A DNA stretch of 63,983 bases, counting the filler, from Basidioascus undulatus (taxonomy: Eukaryota), in assembly GCA_000826855.1 (NCBI GenBank). It is 3 parts of 3 records of this genome, joined end to end, with 100 filler letters (N's around TTAATTAATTAA, not from the genome) between each part and the next. Parts side by side here need not be neighbours in the genome. Positions count along the whole stretch, not along the records: positions 43,726 to 63,983 come from JTLS01000378.1; 2 more parts are not named here. One strand, given 5' to 3'. Below are positions 61,488 through 63,983 of the stretch, in pieces; position 1 is the first letter of the stretch; each line of letters opens with the position of its first letter. The position numbers were made by a program, and so were the translations under genes. The notes under the pieces are model-generated. The model saw nothing but the letters and a program-made list of their open reading frames with translations. It was not told where the DNA came from and searched no databases.

Positions 61488-63553
61488 AGTTGGGGTATGG
61501 CATGGGGGTGGTTGATCTTGAAGCAGAAGTGCCTTTGGGATGGGGCGTTCTTAAGCGATCGCAAAAGTGCGCCTGCGACGGCAGGGGTGACGCCGGACAA
61601 CAGAACCGGAGGAATGGCGGTTCATAAAATCGAGGGCTTGCACCCAGCATAAGGTATGTCGAATTCAAGTCTTCAAGTTCAACGAGAAACAGTGAATCCA
61701 AAACATGCTTGACATAGCTGGCATCCGCGTGAGTTTAGTTTCAGCGAAGGCCGGGGGGGTGGTTTCAGGAAAGCACCACTGCCGGAGGAACGATAACGGC
61801 CACCGTGGAGGAACCTTGCAATCGATAGCACACTTAGTACGCTCTAGAGGTCTTCACATCTTTCATACAGACCGTATACAGATAGAGCATACTCTGCTCA
61901 GCAACTCCCTGCAGCCAAATACGCCGCTCCGGCATTTGCCCTGGCGCAGTTTCACCAGGAATGCTTGAGGTCCCATAGGCCTTATAATACATTGGAAAGA
62001 TTCCATATTTTGGGCTTATGGACTGAGGCTGAGAAGCTGGTTCGGCTTGCGGTACTGTGCTGTTGAGACTGCGTGGGGAGGTGCCTTGGGTGCGGCCTCA
62101 GCTCATTAGCAAGCGCACCTTAAACGTGCCCGCCATCTCATTGCGGAGTTCAGGAGGAACACAGAACTTTCATCCAAGTCCGCGATGGCGAGTAGCTATA
62201 TCCCAACAGAGACGAGCGTGGCAGCTCCAAGCGGGTGCGGCGTCATCACCACGAACCAGCCCATTTGAAACAAAGCCTTGTAGTGTGTGATCGTATCGCA
62301 CCTAAGTCGCTTACTTTTTGTCTCCTGGCGTTTTAAGCCCTCCTTTATAGGGGACTGTTCCTTTTTGGCTGGCTGGCTGGCTGAGGACCGGAAGAGATTC
62401 GTAGAGCCATTCACGTTTCCTCGATCGGCAGGAGGTCGTTGAATAGGAATTGACATTGCTTGGTTGATTTCGGAGACCCTTCCACACAAGATGCAACACA
62501 AGAAGATAGGCGTCTCTCAAAAACAAATTCCCAGATTCGTCAGGTCCGTGACAGGAGCCTGTTTGCGGCTGCAGCGTCGGCAAGTGGAGCCTTTGTGTCC
62601 AGTACGGCAGCCGGGGCAAGCACATTTCTCACCTACTCACCTTAAACGTTATAGGGTCCCGTACCCCCCAGCATAGTCCAAATACTCGCTCTCTCACTTC
62701 GCTCGCACCCACTCGGTAGTCCCGACGGACGTACCGTACCCTCAAAAAACCCAGGCACAAGGGCGCCGAGTGAGATTGTCGTTGGCTATCTTGTTCGGGT
62801 CAAAGCTTATAGAGTACTATGCGGTTTGTATTGGGTTTCTGGCCGGGTAGGCAGCAGAAAGTATGACCTTGAGGTGGAGTCTTGAGGCCGACTGACACTC
62901 TCGTCTGTGGAGCCTTCAGCTGCGAGGTTGGATGCACATTGCAAGTGTCGAAATACATGCAGGAGCTTTACTTTGCACCTTGAACTCTCGCCTAGAAAGT
63001 GGTCGCACTTACTGTACTGTCGACGACGTCCAGCTTCGGGAGAGGAGGAAGGACTGTTGTGCGGGCCTGGGGAGTATACACCGCACATGATGACTGTGAA
63101 GGCCTTTTATTAAAGAAACCGCTACTCCAATAAGCACTTACTCGTGCACTGCTGTCAAGGAGCAGACGATGACAGATCATCGTCTGTGGACACTATCTAC
63201 ACGATAACAGGTCCTGCCTTATCGTCGACCTTTCTTTCGCAAGCCTTTGCCTTTCGCAGTAGTCGCCTCGACCTCGCACGTCCCGAATCGCCGACGCTGT
63301 CCGCGATGTGTTGTTTTTAGAAAATTTGTACGCAGCGTCGGGCCCCGTTCTCGGGTGTGAAAGTCGGCTCCCGATGCCGCTGAGCACATGTCAGCGCGGG
63401 GTCCGGGGGAGTGATCGCCGGTGGAACCTTAATGATGTAACTTGAACGTTGCTGCCCTCGAGGTCTCGCTGCCCCTTCGCCTGCACTCTTTCCCCTCGCA
63501 CATCTCAACCATCAACTTCGCTATCGACAACGACACCGGCACACTCACAGACG

Positions 63554-63983
63554 ATGACGCTCCTGTCGCGCCTTCGGTCAGTGCGGTCCAAGGCGTCCTC
63601 GCGCGCGCTTTCAACGACGACGGGCGACGGCGACAGCGAGGACCACAACGAGTCCGAGTCGTGCACCGGCATCGGGCCGCCGTGCTTCTTACGTTTGTTT
63701 GCCCACGCGGCCATGACGGGCAATAAGGACAAGGACGGCGCGTCGACGCCCAACACGCCGAGGACGCCCTACACGCCTGCCCCGTGGGCGGGCGACGCGA
63801 CACCCCGCTCTGGCCCCGCGTCGGGCGCGTCCACCCCGACTGCCGTGGGCAGCGACGCGGACGCGTACGGCGTGGTGGACCCGCATCTGCTCGGGAGAAG
63901 GCTCGCGAAGCTGTCGGTGCATGATCTGCAGGAGGCGGGGGACGGCGTGGACTCTGATGGGGAGGAGAGCGAGGAGGAGGAGG
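63554..63983 (+). CDS. 5' end of an unidentified gene (runs off the right edge)
   Basis: Open GC3-rich frame MTLLSRLRSVRSK...GASTPNTPRTPYTP...SDGEESEEEE continuing to the end of the window. Confidence 0.6.
   Translation, partial: MTLLSRLRSVRSKASSRALSTTTGDGDSEDHNESESCTGIGPPCFLRLFAHAAMTGNKDKDGASTPNTPRTPYTPAPWAGDATPRSGPASGASTPTAVGSDADAYGVVDPHLLGRRLAKLSVHDLQEAGDGVDSDGEESEEEE

Overview
Intron-rich, GC-rich eukaryotic DNA from a basidiomycete fungus (short GT..AG introns with GCTGAC-type branch points; probably Pucciniomycotina). It consists of three contigs joined by artificial N44-TTAATTAATTAA-N44 linkers (21779-21878, 43626-43725). Recognisable genes: a DBP6-like helicase 5' end, tRNA-Lys(CTT), isoorotate decarboxylase-like amidohydrolase, SIS1-type DnaJ (truncated), PRP3, caleosin, intron-containing tRNA-Val(CAC), a His/Lys-rich hydrophilin, a D-amino acid oxidase 3' end, SPC3, a stand-alone CFEM protein, PAN2, UNG1, SAE2/CtIP, three tandem GPI-anchored Ser/Thr-rich paralogs, a CE1 esterase and a YABBY/HMG-like protein. 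There are also several orphan F-box-like genes and a run of damaged genes (BTB, CE12, PA28, homoserine acetyltransferase-like, MYND). The most notable observations are: a LINE-ORF2-like domain in frame upstream of PAN2; a ~480-nt densely self-complementary candidate ncRNA at a contig start; a ~34-bp-period palindromic-core repeat array; and a junction where two convergent genes both lose their 3' ends. All calls come from reading the sequence and from remembered family motifs; no searches were run.
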